Origin: an uncultured Dehalococcoidaceae bacterium
GTDB taxonomy: Bacteria; Chloroflexota; Dehalococcoidia; Dehalococcoidales; RBG-16-60-22
Direction: 5' to 3'
DNA length: 54,845 nucleotides
NCBI GenBank assembly: GCA_964342875.1
Contig: CAYFHI010000003.1
Coordinates: 1-54,845, forward strand
Shown here: one piece after another, positions 30,241 to 39,586 of the stretch
Numbering within the stretch: position 1 is the first letter of the stretch
Layout of the letters: every line of letters begins with the position of its first letter
Notes under the pieces: model-generated
Told to the model about the DNA's origin: nothing
Databases searched by the model: none
The model's input: the letters and a program-made list of their open reading frames with translations, nothing else
Made by a program: the position numbers and the translations under genes

Positions 30241-30459
30241 ATGAAAGAGAAGGTTGAAGCGGCTCTTGATAAGATAAGACCGAACCTGATGCAGGATGGG
30301 GGTAATGTAGAACTGATTGATGTTGATGATGGTACGGTCAAAGTTAAATTAACCGGAGCATGCGGTGGTTGCCCGATGTCCACCATGACCTTAAAAATGG
30401 GGATTGAAAAAATTATCAAGGAAGAAATCCCCGAAATTAAAGAAGTAGTGGCTGTCTAG
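30241..30459 (+). CDS. NifU/NfuA C-terminal domain Fe-S carrier
   Basis: IRPNLMQDGGNVEL and GACGGCPMSTMTLKMGIE motifs. Confidence 0.93.
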   Translation: MKEKVEAALDKIRPNLMQDGGNVELIDVDDGTVKVKLTGACGGCPMSTMTLKMGIEKIIKEEIPEIKEVVAV

Positions 30460-30534
30460 AGGTTAAACAACCATCAAGCCGGTACCTGCGATGTGCTTAC
30501 CTCTTTATGGAGTGATTCGCCAAGTAGGAGTTTT

Positions 30535-31011
30535 ATGTGTCAACGCTGTGGTTGCCAGGAGATCTTAAGGAGCGGTAAGGAAAAGACCTTGGCTCGCATC
30601 CTAGATATTGTGAAGGAGTTGGGAGTTACGCCGGACAATGTGGACGATTATGAGGCTACCGAGGCTATTTCCGCTCAAATCGCCCCCTTCGGCTCCAGGG
30701 AGGATGATGTATTTCAGACTGCAGTCTGGATATCCAGCCTTCACGAGGGCTTAGCCCGGAGCGGCCGGGATGAACGTTACCAAGCCCATGTTCGCGCCTT
30801 CCGAGATATTTTTGCCCGTCTCCCGGTACGGGGGGAGCCCAAACGCATTGCCACTACATACCACCAGTTAGAGCAGCTAAGCCGCGAGTTAGATGAGCCC
30901 GCCCTGGCTTCCCTGACCCCTGAAATCCGTGATGTCATCCAGGCGGTAAACCATGTACATGACAACATGCCGACCAAGGTAGCAAGGTTGAAGGAGCGCT
31001 ATAACCTCTAG
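30535..31011 (+). CDS. Hypothetical protein with N-terminal MCxxCGC metal-binding motif
   Basis: RBS AGGAG at 30526; starts MCQRCGC; helical body with several His residues. Confidence 0.7.
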   Translation: MCQRCGCQEILRSGKEKTLARILDIVKELGVTPDNVDDYEATEAISAQIAPFGSREDDVFQTAVWISSLHEGLARSGRDERYQAHVRAFRDIFARLPVRGEPKRIATTYHQLEQLSRELDEPALASLTPEIRDVIQAVNHVHDNMPTKVARLKERYNL

Positions 31012-31035
31012 CGCCTGACACAGCTGTGAATATAT

Positions 31036-32262
31036 TTATTCCTCTTCCTCTACTTCCAGTTCAAATGCGCGGTGCAAAAACCGAACAGCGTCTTTAACAC
31101 TGACTTCATCAATGATGCAGGTTATTCTTATTTCCGAAGTAGTAATCAACTGTATATTGATATTATTGTCACTGAGGGTGCTGAACATCCTTGCGGCATA
31201 ACCGGGGGTATCCTGCATGCCGGTGCCGATAATGCTCACCTTACCTAACCTGGAATCGCTTAAGCATTCTCTGGCACCAATGGACCGGGCAATTGGTTCA
31301 ACAACCGCCATCGCTGCGGTTAAATGGGTCTTTACCACCGTAAAGGTCAGGTCAGTAATATTCTCAATACTGGCGTTTTGAACAATTGTGTCGACACTGA
31401 CTCCGGATATACTAAGAGGGACAAAGATAGACGAGGCAATTCCCGGGCGATCCGGCACACCAACCACAGTAATCTTGGCGACATCAAGGTCGTGGGCGAT
31501 ACTTCTTACCTTATTGCGTATTTCCATAGTTACCTCTCTCTTTATTAATGTGCCGGGGCTTTTATTAAAGCTGGAAGCTACCAGGATGGGAATATCAAAT
31601 AACTCTCCCAGCTCCACTGCCCTCGGGTGCATCACTCTGGCACCATAGCTTGCCAGCTCCAGCATCTCTTCATAACCGATATCACGTAAATTACGAGCCT
31701 CAGGAACAATGCGAGGATCCGCCGTATAGACACCATCAACGTCAGTATATATCTGGCTCACCTCAGCCCCCAGACTAGCTGCCAGCGCTACGGCGGTTGT
31801 ATCTGAACCACCCCTCCCCAATGTGGTTACATCCAGTTCATCGGTAATGCCCTGAAACCCTGCAACAATAACAATGTTTCCCTTCTCCATCTCCTGTCTC
31901 ACGCGTTTGGGGTCAATCTCAAGGATCCTTGCCTTACTATGAGCCGTATCCGTCCTAATTCCCGCCTGAGCGCCGCTGAGGCTTATCGCCGGATAATCCA
32001 TACTGTGAAGCGCCATGGTCAGTAGCGTACTGGAGACCACTTCACCGGTAGATAGGAGAACATCAAGCTCCCTGACATCCGGATGCTCCGAAACCCGATC
32101 AGCCAGATCAATCAGCCCATCAGTAGTCTCACCCATCGCTGAGACTACTGCCACTACCTGGTCTCCTCTGTCTCTGGCTTCAGCAATGCGCTGTGCTACG
32201 TTTTTAATCTTATCGGCATCCGCCACCGAAGAACCGCCGTATTTTTGTACAATTAAAGCCAT
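31036..32262 (-). CDS. lysC: Aspartate kinase
   Basis: VQKYGGSSV, VVSAMG, TTLGRGGSDTTA, TDVDGVYTADPR and two ACT domains. Confidence 0.96.
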   Translation of the reverse strand: MALIVQKYGGSSVADADKIKNVAQRIAEARDRGDQVVAVVSAMGETTDGLIDLADRVSEHPDVRELDVLLSTGEVVSSTLLTMALHSMDYPAISLSGAQAGIRTDTAHSKARILEIDPKRVRQEMEKGNIVIVAGFQGITDELDVTTLGRGGSDTTAVALAASLGAEVSQIYTDVDGVYTADPRIVPEARNLRDIGYEEMLELASYGARVMHPRAVELGELFDIPILVASSFNKSPGTLIKREVTMEIRNKVRSIAHDLDVAKITVVGVPDRPGIASSIFVPLSISGVSVDTIVQNASIENITDLTFTVVKTHLTAAMAVVEPIARSIGARECLSDSRLGKVSIIGTGMQDTPGYAARMFSTLSDNNINIQLITTSEIRITCIIDEVSVKDAVRFLHRAFELEVEEEE

Positions 32263-32342
32263 AATCTAACAACTCCGGTACAATATCAGCAATCGCCTAA
32301 TTTCTAAAAACAATCTTTATACCCGTCCTTGTCTGCAAATTA

Positions 32343-32374
32343 ATTTCTCATATACGCATTTACTCATTTGCGTA
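32343..32374 (+). repeat. 8-bp-period repeat array 4 (lysC-apgM intergenic region)
   Basis: ATTTCTCA TATACGCA TTTACTCA TTTGCGTA. Confidence 0.7.
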
Positions 32375-32432
32375 ATAATATTTTTTAGGCACCGACTATC
32401 CGACATCTTCCCCTTTATCCCATCGTTTCTTA

Positions 32433-33623
32433 TCATTTCCCAACCAGCCTGCCCATTATTTTATACCCTTCTTCAAGGAAAACGTCAGTACTTTTCGCCT
32501 CAGCCTCAGTGAACCTTTTGGCCCCGTTTGCGTCAAATCCCGGTCCCCAGAGCAGAAAGGGTACCGGGTCATCAGTGTGGGTCCGGCCTTTTATCGGCGT
32601 GGCGTGATCAGGCATAACCAGCACCCGGAGGGCATCTCCCTGCCAGGAACGGATTCGGCTTATCACTTCCCGGTCTATTCTCTGGAGAGCCTCTATTTTA
32701 CCGTCGACCGAGCCGGCGTGAGCCGCTTCATCAGGGGATTCGATATGAATAACCACCATGTCCCTGGTTTCAAGCGCCCTGAGCGCCCCTATTACTTGAC
32801 CTGCATAATCGTTATCCGGACCGTCGGTCACTCCCTTTATATCCAGTACCTCAATTCCCATCATTATAGCCAAACCGCCGAGAAGGTCGACCCCGGAAGT
32901 CATTGCCGTCGTGGTGAGACCAAAAGTCTGCTTAAAATCAGGCATATCCGGCAGCCTTCCCGTACCCCAGAACAACCATATCGTTGTCGCCGATACTTCA
33001 CCCCGGGACTGCCGCGCAGTATTCACCGGGTGGTCCCGGAGCACATCCTCAGAACGAACCATTAGTTCTTTAAGCAGCTCACTCCCGACACCGCGCGGCA
33101 GGTAACCGGCAATGGGTTTACCGGAAATATCGTGCGGCGGTGTACAGGAAGCCAGTATCGTGTCCTCATGCCCTTTGAGCTTGCAGATATGCCGGTAACT
33201 TATACCGGGGTAAAACTGTACCCTTTCACCACTGAGGCTTGCATTTAGGGAAGAAATCAGTATCCGTGATTCGTCAGTGCTGATGTGTCCGGAGCTATAA
33301 TCCCACATCTTCCCGTCACGAACCGCCACTAGGTTACAGCGGAAAACAGCATCTCCCTCATCAACTGGAATTCCCATGCTTCTGGCTTCAATTGACGCCC
33401 TGCCCCGATAGAATACTTTAGGATCGTAGCCGAGCACGGACATACAGGCACAGGCGCTGCTCGGTTCCATCCCCAATGGAACGGTACGGGCGAGCCCCAG
33501 AATACCCTCATGAGCCATACAATCAACATCTGGGGTCTTTGCCAGTTCAAGGCAAGTCTTACCATTATAATCCGGCAAAGGCAAGCCAGAAGCGCCATCA
33601 ATTATCAGAATACAGTATTTCAT
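32433..33623 (-). CDS. apgM: Cofactor-independent phosphoglycerate mutase (ApgM type)
   Basis: IDGASG, SYRH, TPPHDI, HIESPDEAAH, PDHATP and RTHTDDPVP motifs. Confidence 0.88.
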   Translation of the reverse strand: MKYCILIIDGASGLPLPDYNGKTCLELAKTPDVDCMAHEGILGLARTVPLGMEPSSACACMSVLGYDPKVFYRGRASIEARSMGIPVDEGDAVFRCNLVAVRDGKMWDYSSGHISTDESRILISSLNASLSGERVQFYPGISYRHICKLKGHEDTILASCTPPHDISGKPIAGYLPRGVGSELLKELMVRSEDVLRDHPVNTARQSRGEVSATTIWLFWGTGRLPDMPDFKQTFGLTTTAMTSGVDLLGGLAIMMGIEVLDIKGVTDGPDNDYAGQVIGALRALETRDMVVIHIESPDEAAHAGSVDGKIEALQRIDREVISRIRSWQGDALRVLVMPDHATPIKGRTHTDDPVPFLLWGPGFDANGAKRFTEAEAKSTDVFLEEGYKIMGRLVGK

Positions 33624-33696
33624 AAACTACCGTTTTGTAATCCTATCAACGTAACATGTTGCTGAAAAACTATAATACGCTTATAATGGAAGCTAT

Positions 33697-33774
33697 CGGG
33701 GCGTAGCGCAGTTCGGTTAGCGCGCCGCGTTCGGGACGCGGAGGTCGGCAGTTCAAATCTGCCCGCCCCGACCA
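33697..33774 (+). tRNA. tRNA-Pro (anticodon CGG)
   Basis: CGGGGCG acceptor stem, anticodon arm CCGCG-TTCGGGA-CGCGG, GTTCAAATC T-loop, encoded CCA; upstream TTGCTG-N17-TATAAT. Confidence 0.96.
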
Positions 33775-34550
33775 TTCCCCTCAGTCCCCCTCTTTGCTTC
33801 CTCCCACAGGGCATTCTGCTCATTGAAGGATAATTGCCCCAGAGTCACGTTACGCTTTCGGCATATTTCTTCCATATAAGTAAAGCGATGGGAAAACCGC
33901 CGATTGGTCTCTCTCAGCGACACCTCGGAATCAATGTCCATCCGACGGGCAATATTTACCAGCGTAAAAAGGATGTCGCCAAATTCCCTCTCCTTCTGCG
34001 ACTGACTATCCGCCTGCTTGAATTCCCTAACCTCCTCAACCAGTTTATCGATAACACCGTCAATATTCTCCCAGTCAAACCCCTCATACGCCACTCTACG
34101 TTGAATCTCCTTACTGTAACCCAGCGCTGGCATCTCCTTTGGCACACTTGCCAAAATGGAAGTATCCGATCCTCTCTCCGTCTTTTTAAGCTCTTCCCAC
34201 TTATATGCTACCTCTTCGGCACAGTCTACCTGCTGTCTTCCGAAAACATGGGGGTGCCTGTGAATCAACTTATTACTGATGCCGCTTATGACATCCGCCA
34301 TTTCAAATTCTCCGGCATCAGAGGCAAGCCGGGCGTGGAGAACAATCTGCATCAGCAGATCACCCAGTTCTTCACAAAGCTTACCGGAGTCCCCTTCGTC
34401 AAGCGCTTCTAGGACCTCATAACACTCCGCCAGCATATTCTCCCGCAAAGTGGCATGGGTCTGTTTTCTATCCCAAGGACAGCCGTCGGGAGCCTGCAAA
34501 CGTGCAATTATATCTACCAGCGTCCCAAACTTGTCATGATTCTCCGACAA
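33753..34550 (-). CDS. mazG: Nucleoside triphosphate pyrophosphohydrolase MazG
   Basis: GCPWDRKQT, EELGDLL, KLIHRHPHVFG and EFGDILF motifs; TTG start inferred from RBS GAGGTG. Confidence 0.93.
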   Translation of the reverse strand: MSENHDKFGTLVDIIARLQAPDGCPWDRKQTHATLRENMLAECYEVLEALDEGDSGKLCEELGDLLMQIVLHARLASDAGEFEMADVISGISNKLIHRHPHVFGRQQVDCAEEVAYKWEELKKTERGSDTSILASVPKEMPALGYSKEIQRRVAYEGFDWENIDGVIDKLVEEVREFKQADSQSQKEREFGDILFTLVNIARRMDIDSEVSLRETNRRFSHRFTYMEEICRKRNVTLGQLSFNEQNALWEEAKRGTEGNGRGGQI

Positions 34551-34659
34551 AGTTAAGATCACCTCTCTTTTAACTTACTAACAATAGATTATACAGTCCG
34601 GTCTGAGTGGAAGCAATAAAACTGATTAAAGCCAGTAATAACCGTAAAGCAGGTTGTTT

Positions 34660-35598
34660 TTAGCCCGGCAGTACTGAGCCGACGAATTCCCTCTGCCCCC
34701 TGAGAAACTCGACGGCAGACATCTCTCTCTTCCCCTCAAGTTGCACCTCCACCACCCCCAGAATTCCATCCCCAGTATTGACTCCGAAGGCGGCTTCATC
34801 CCGATCCCAGACGACTACCTGCCCCTCACCGGAGATTTCCTCTCCGTTCAAAGGAAGAGCCTCAATAATCTTGAGCTGCTTGCCTTCCCAAAAAGTGTAA
34901 CATCCAGGCCACGGGTTGAAAGCACGTACCCTCCGCCAGATATCGATAGCTGGTAAATTCCAGTTAATCTCGCCATCTTTCTTGGTAATTTGACCGCAAA
35001 GTGTCGCCTCATCTTCGTTCTGAGGTCGAGGTAATATCTCCTCCCGTAACCAGTACACCAGTGTCTCGGTAAGCAAACGGGGAGCTAGCCGGGATAATTT
35101 CATTGTTAACGAACCCGTATTATCCCAGGAGGCAATGGATATAGCTGCCTGTGACAGTACCGGGCCCGTATCCAGACCACTATCCATCAGCATGATACTA
35201 ACACCGGTAAATTTATCTCCTGATAGGATAGCTGACGGTATCGGTGAGGCACCGCGATATCTGGGTAACAACGAAGGGTGGATATTAATACATCCGCAAC
35301 CGGGGAGTTCCAGAACCGATTGCGGCAAAATTTGCCCAAAAGCGGCTACAATAATAACATCAGGATGATAATCTGCCAGCCGAGCCACGGCACCCCCATC
35401 CTTCATGCTGGGGACCTGAACTACGGGTAGATTCCAGGCTAGCGCCGCTTTTTTCACCGGAGAATGTATAAGTAAGCCCCCCCGGCCTGCTGGTTTATCC
35501 GGCCGAGTGTATACCGCGACCACCTGGTATTCATTAAGAACAAGGTATTCGAGAGAGGAAACAGCAAACTCAGGTGTACCCATAAAAACTACTCGCAA
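34660..35598 (-). CDS. fmt: Methionyl-tRNA formyltransferase
   Basis: FMGTPEFA, NIHPSLLPRYRGASP, GLDTG and RAFNPWPG motifs; TTG start after GGAGG. Confidence 0.96.
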   Translation of the reverse strand: MRVVFMGTPEFAVSSLEYLVLNEYQVVAVYTRPDKPAGRGGLLIHSPVKKAALAWNLPVVQVPSMKDGGAVARLADYHPDVIIVAAFGQILPQSVLELPGCGCINIHPSLLPRYRGASPIPSAILSGDKFTGVSIMLMDSGLDTGPVLSQAAISIASWDNTGSLTMKLSRLAPRLLTETLVYWLREEILPRPQNEDEATLCGQITKKDGEINWNLPAIDIWRRVRAFNPWPGCYTFWEGKQLKIIEALPLNGEEISGEGQVVVWDRDEAAFGVNTGDGILGVVEVQLEGKREMSAVEFLRGQREFVGSVLPG

Positions 35599-35963
35599 TT
35601 TCAGCCTCCCAGTATCAAATTCTAACAAAAAATATTTTCTAAAACAACTTTTTATTTTGTACCTAACAGCTCAATATTCGATAAAAAACCGAGATTTTCA
35701 GAGATTATAAGGGAAAAGAGAAGACGAAAATGGCAATCGTTTACCGACAAAAACCTTGCCATTAACAAACTATACTAGTATTCTATTGGATGTTAACTAC
35801 TTAATAAATTAATACTTTATTAAGTATATACCGCTTCCAAATCCGGTGAGTTTCCGTTGGTGGTAAAATCGTAACCTGGGTGAATTTGTGCCTTTAATTA
35901 GACAGATAATATTATAAACATTGTATTTTTGGACTTTTAGCATAATTTCGTGGAAGGAAATTA

Positions 35964-37319
35964 ATGTCACCTAGAACAGCGCGAGAGATTTGGGAAGTCA
36001 CTTTGGGAGAACTTCAGGTACAGGTCAGTAAGCCAAACTATCGTACTTGGTTCGAAAAAACCACTGGACTGGAATATCGGGGGAATCAATTTATAATTGG
36101 TGTCCCAAGTACCTTTGTTGCCGAATATCTAGACAAGAATCAGCGCTCGCTAATTGAGAAATCACTAATTAACCTCACCTCTCCCGATTTACAGATTGTA
36201 TTCCAAGTAAATGGGAGGTGTCATACTTCACCACCTAGGTACCATAATAGTAAATCGAAAACACATCTTAATCGATTCATCTATCCTCATAGATTTAACC
36301 CAAAATATATCTTTGACTCGTATATTGAAGGAAGCTGCAACCGATTGGCACGTGCCTCCGCCCTAGCGGTTATCCAGAATCCGGGACACACCTATAATCC
36401 GCTTTTTATTTACGGAGGCGTGGGACTAGGTAAAACACATCTGTTACACTCTATCGGTCACGCCGCACAGGTGAACCAGACCACGATTGTCTGTGCTAGC
36501 GGTGAGCAGTTTACAAACGAGTTCATTAGTTCAATACGGGAGAAAACAACCGTAGAATTCTGCGCCAAGTACAGAAGTGTTGACATGCTATTGATTGATG
36601 ATATCCAGTTTATCGGTGGGAAAGAACAGACAGCGGAAAGCTTTTTCCATACTTTTAACGAACTGCACAATGCTAACCACCAAATAGTCATCACCAGTGA
36701 CCGTGCTCCTAAATCAATGCCCTTCCTGACGGATAGGCTCCGCTCTCGACTCGAATGGGGATTAATGGTCGAAGTAAAACCGCCTGACCTTGAGACACGC
36801 TTGGCTATTTTGAAAGCAAAGTCTGATTCTAAAAACATAAACTGTACTTTAAGTGTGCTGGAGTTAATAGCTAAAAAGACTCAGCACAACATCAGAGAAC
36901 TTGAGGGATCTTTAAACCGTGTACTCGCTTATGCTAAATTACTAAAAGCCATACCTACAATTGATCTAGCTACGGAAGCTCTCAAAGACTTGGCTGATCA
37001 ACAACCCTGCGGCATATCTATTACCCCTGACCTTATAATAAAGGCGGTAGCTAGTAGTTTCCAAATATCAACAAAAGACATCATAGAACGTAAAAGAGAT
37101 AAAGAGACTGTTCTGGCCAGAAGAGTAGCGATGTATATTCTCCGTCAGGAAACTATTCTCCCGATTACTAAAATCGGGAGAGAGTTAGGTGGTAGAGACG
37201 CTTCAGCAGTTACCAATGCATGTCAGAAACTAGCGAGTGATATCGAAGACAGTTCTTATCTAAGAAGTAAAATCCTAGATATTCAACAAAGAATTCATTC
37301 CGGAATAAACAGTAATTAG
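35964..37319 (+). CDS. dnaA: Chromosomal replication initiator DnaA
   Basis: YNPLFIYGGVGLGKTHL, LLIDDIQF, RLRSR and NIRELEG motifs. Confidence 0.97.
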   Translation: MSPRTAREIWEVTLGELQVQVSKPNYRTWFEKTTGLEYRGNQFIIGVPSTFVAEYLDKNQRSLIEKSLINLTSPDLQIVFQVNGRCHTSPPRYHNSKSKTHLNRFIYPHRFNPKYIFDSYIEGSCNRLARASALAVIQNPGHTYNPLFIYGGVGLGKTHLLHSIGHAAQVNQTTIVCASGEQFTNEFISSIREKTTVEFCAKYRSVDMLLIDDIQFIGGKEQTAESFFHTFNELHNANHQIVITSDRAPKSMPFLTDRLRSRLEWGLMVEVKPPDLETRLAILKAKSDSKNINCTLSVLELIAKKTQHNIRELEGSLNRVLAYAKLLKAIPTIDLATEALKDLADQQPCGISITPDLIIKAVASSFQISTKDIIERKRDKETVLARRVAMYILRQETILPITKIGRELGGRDASAVTNACQKLASDIEDSSYLRSKILDIQQRIHSGINSN

Positions 37320-37610
37320 CTCAGTACCCATTAACTTTTCCCTTTAATCATCGATACCTTCAGAATATGATCGCTTTGTTTTATAAATGATTAAGTTAGT
37401 TTTTGCTATCGTTTTGTGACTTTTTTAGGATATCTTTGCGAGTATTAAACCAAGATTTCAAAACTGATACGCCACGGATCAGGTACCAACATAATCTTTA
37501 AAACCGCCAGCACCAGTTTATTAGTATTATTAGTATTATTAAAAAAGAATACTGTATAGAACTAAAGTCATATAAGTAATAAATAGTTTAGTTTTTTAAG
37601 ATAATTACTT
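37320..37610. other. Candidate replication origin (oriC/DUE)
   Basis: AT-rich dnaA-obgE spacer; GC patch CCGCCAGCACCAG followed by (TTA/GTA)x8 trio-like run at 37518-37541; by eye the + strand changes from C-rich to G-rich around here. Confidence 0.6.
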
Positions 37611-37630
37611 GATTGTTCTCTGATAGTAGA

Positions 37631-38896
37631 ATGGAAGACAGAATTGTCATAGCTATAGTAGCCGGGTCTGGAGGAGAAGGTTCCATTAGTTTTCATAGGG
37701 AGAAGTATGTTCCATTCGGGGGACCGGATGGTGGTGACGGTGGTAATGGTGGAGATGTTATTATCATGGCAGATAATGAGATTACTGATCTGCGTCAGTT
37801 CAAGGGTAAGAAAGTCATCAAGGCACTTAATGGTAATAGTGGACAGGGTAACAAAAAACACGGGAAAAGGGGTGACTCTCTGATTTTAAAGGTTCCCGTG
37901 GGTACGGTAATCATTGTAAAATCAGAGACGGGGGTAGAACTATTTGAGGATGACCTTGAACGGAACGGTCAGCAAGTATTGGTTGCCAAAGGGGGAAGGG
38001 GTGGATTGGGGAACACTCGTTTTACTTCGTCTACGAATCAAGCACCTCAGATTGCACAGAGAGGGGATGTGGGAGAAGTAAGGAACATTACACTGGAGAT
38101 GAAGCTTATTGCCGATGTTGGAATCATTGGCTATCCTAATGCGGGAAAATCGACGCTATTAAGTGCTACTTCAGCTGCTAAACCGAAGATAGCTAGTTAT
38201 CCGTTTACTACTCTCGAACCGATATTGGGTATGGTGGAGGATGGTAAAGAAAGCTTTGTTATGGCTGACATCCCAGGGCTGATAAAGAATGCTCATCTTG
38301 GCCGTGGCTTAGGACATAATTTCTTAAGACATATTATGCGTACGCGGTTATTGGTACACCTGATAGATGGAACATCGAACTCACCTTTGGAAAACATGAT
38401 ACAGGTCAATACCGAACTTGGTTTGTTTGACCCGTTTCTAGCTAATAAACCGCAGATTGTGGCGGTAAATAAGATAGATATCCCTGATATGAAAGAGCGG
38501 GTAACCAAGATAAAGAGAGAGTTTCGAGAAGCAGGAATGAGCGTTCTTTTTGTTTCGGCAATTACCGGGGAAGGTATTGATAAGCTTATAACTGCAACAA
38601 TCAAAGCGTTGCACGAGGTTAAAATAGTTAAAGAGGAAATTCAAAAAGCACCCGGGAAAGTGTTTCGTCCACAATCGAAAGTCAGGGATATCAAGGTATT
38701 TAAGGATGGAGATGTCTTTGTCATTAACGTTCCTGAGATAGCGCGTCTCAAGACTAGAGGTAGGGTTATCAGTTCTGAGGCACGTTGGCAAATAAAAAGG
38801 CAAATAACCAGGATGGGCATTACCAAGACTTTGGAGAAAGCTGGTGTAAAACCGGGTGATAGAATCCGCTGCGGTGATTTAGAGTGGGAGTGGTAA
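37631..38896 (+). CDS. obgE: GTPase ObgE/CgtA
   Basis: FHREKYVPFGGPDGGDGG, GYPNAGKST, YPFTTL, DIPG and NKID motifs. Confidence 0.97.
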   Translation: MEDRIVIAIVAGSGGEGSISFHREKYVPFGGPDGGDGGNGGDVIIMADNEITDLRQFKGKKVIKALNGNSGQGNKKHGKRGDSLILKVPVGTVIIVKSETGVELFEDDLERNGQQVLVAKGGRGGLGNTRFTSSTNQAPQIAQRGDVGEVRNITLEMKLIADVGIIGYPNAGKSTLLSATSAAKPKIASYPFTTLEPILGMVEDGKESFVMADIPGLIKNAHLGRGLGHNFLRHIMRTRLLVHLIDGTSNSPLENMIQVNTELGLFDPFLANKPQIVAVNKIDIPDMKERVTKIKREFREAGMSVLFVSAITGEGIDKLITATIKALHEVKIVKEEIQKAPGKVFRPQSKVRDIKVFKDGDVFVINVPEIARLKTRGRVISSEARWQIKRQITRMGITKTLEKAGVKPGDRIRCGDLEWEW

Positions 38897-38900
38897 TGTT

Positions 38901-39503
38901 ATGAAAGTGGGTATATTTGGGGGTACTTTTGACCCGATACATAACGGGCATCTCGGTGTGGCTGAAGAAGTAAAAACGAGGTTGAATTTAACAAAGATTA
39001 TCTTTGTACCGGCGGGACAACCTTTGTTAAAAATGGCTTTATCGGTCACGGCCGCTGAAGACCGTTTTGAAATGGTGCGGCTTGCCATTGCCGGTAAACC
39101 TTATTTCGAGCTATCAAGAACAGAAATCGACAGAGCCGGGCCTTCATATACGGTTGATACAATCGCTGAATTTAAGGATATATCCGATCCTGGTAGTGAA
39201 TTATACTTTATGCTGGGTTGGGATAGCCTTAGTGAGATTGACAGATGGCGAGAACCGTTACGACTCATGAGTATGTGTTATCCGGTGGCGGTTCACCGTC
39301 CCGGTACTCTCCGTCCCGACCTACAATCTATGGAAGTCAGTGTCCCCGGTATATTAGAGCGGGTAATTATTTTGGATAAGCCGGTAATTGACGTCAGCGC
39401 TACCGTAATTAGAGACTACGTAGTGAAGGGATTATCCATCAGGCACTTTGTTCCCGAGATAGTGGCTGACTATATACAACGGAATAAACTGTATTTGAAA
39501 TAG
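38901..39503 (+). CDS. nadD: Nicotinate-nucleotide adenylyltransferase
   Basis: GGTFDPIHNGH, SYTVDT and VSATVIR motifs. Confidence 0.95.
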   Translation: MKVGIFGGTFDPIHNGHLGVAEEVKTRLNLTKIIFVPAGQPLLKMALSVTAAEDRFEMVRLAIAGKPYFELSRTEIDRAGPSYTVDTIAEFKDISDPGSELYFMLGWDSLSEIDRWREPLRLMSMCYPVAVHRPGTLRPDLQSMEVSVPGILERVIILDKPVIDVSATVIRDYVVKGLSIRHFVPEIVADYIQRNKLYLK

Positions 39504-39586
39504 TAAGTGAACTTCTTAAAAGTCATTGGGATTATGGACGGTTCATGAAGAAAAGGGATATTTACTGTTTATAACTAACTACGACG

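Noticed and set aside
33620-33823. 67-aa minus-strand ORF
   Set aside because: It is the antisense of tRNA-Pro and its promoter.
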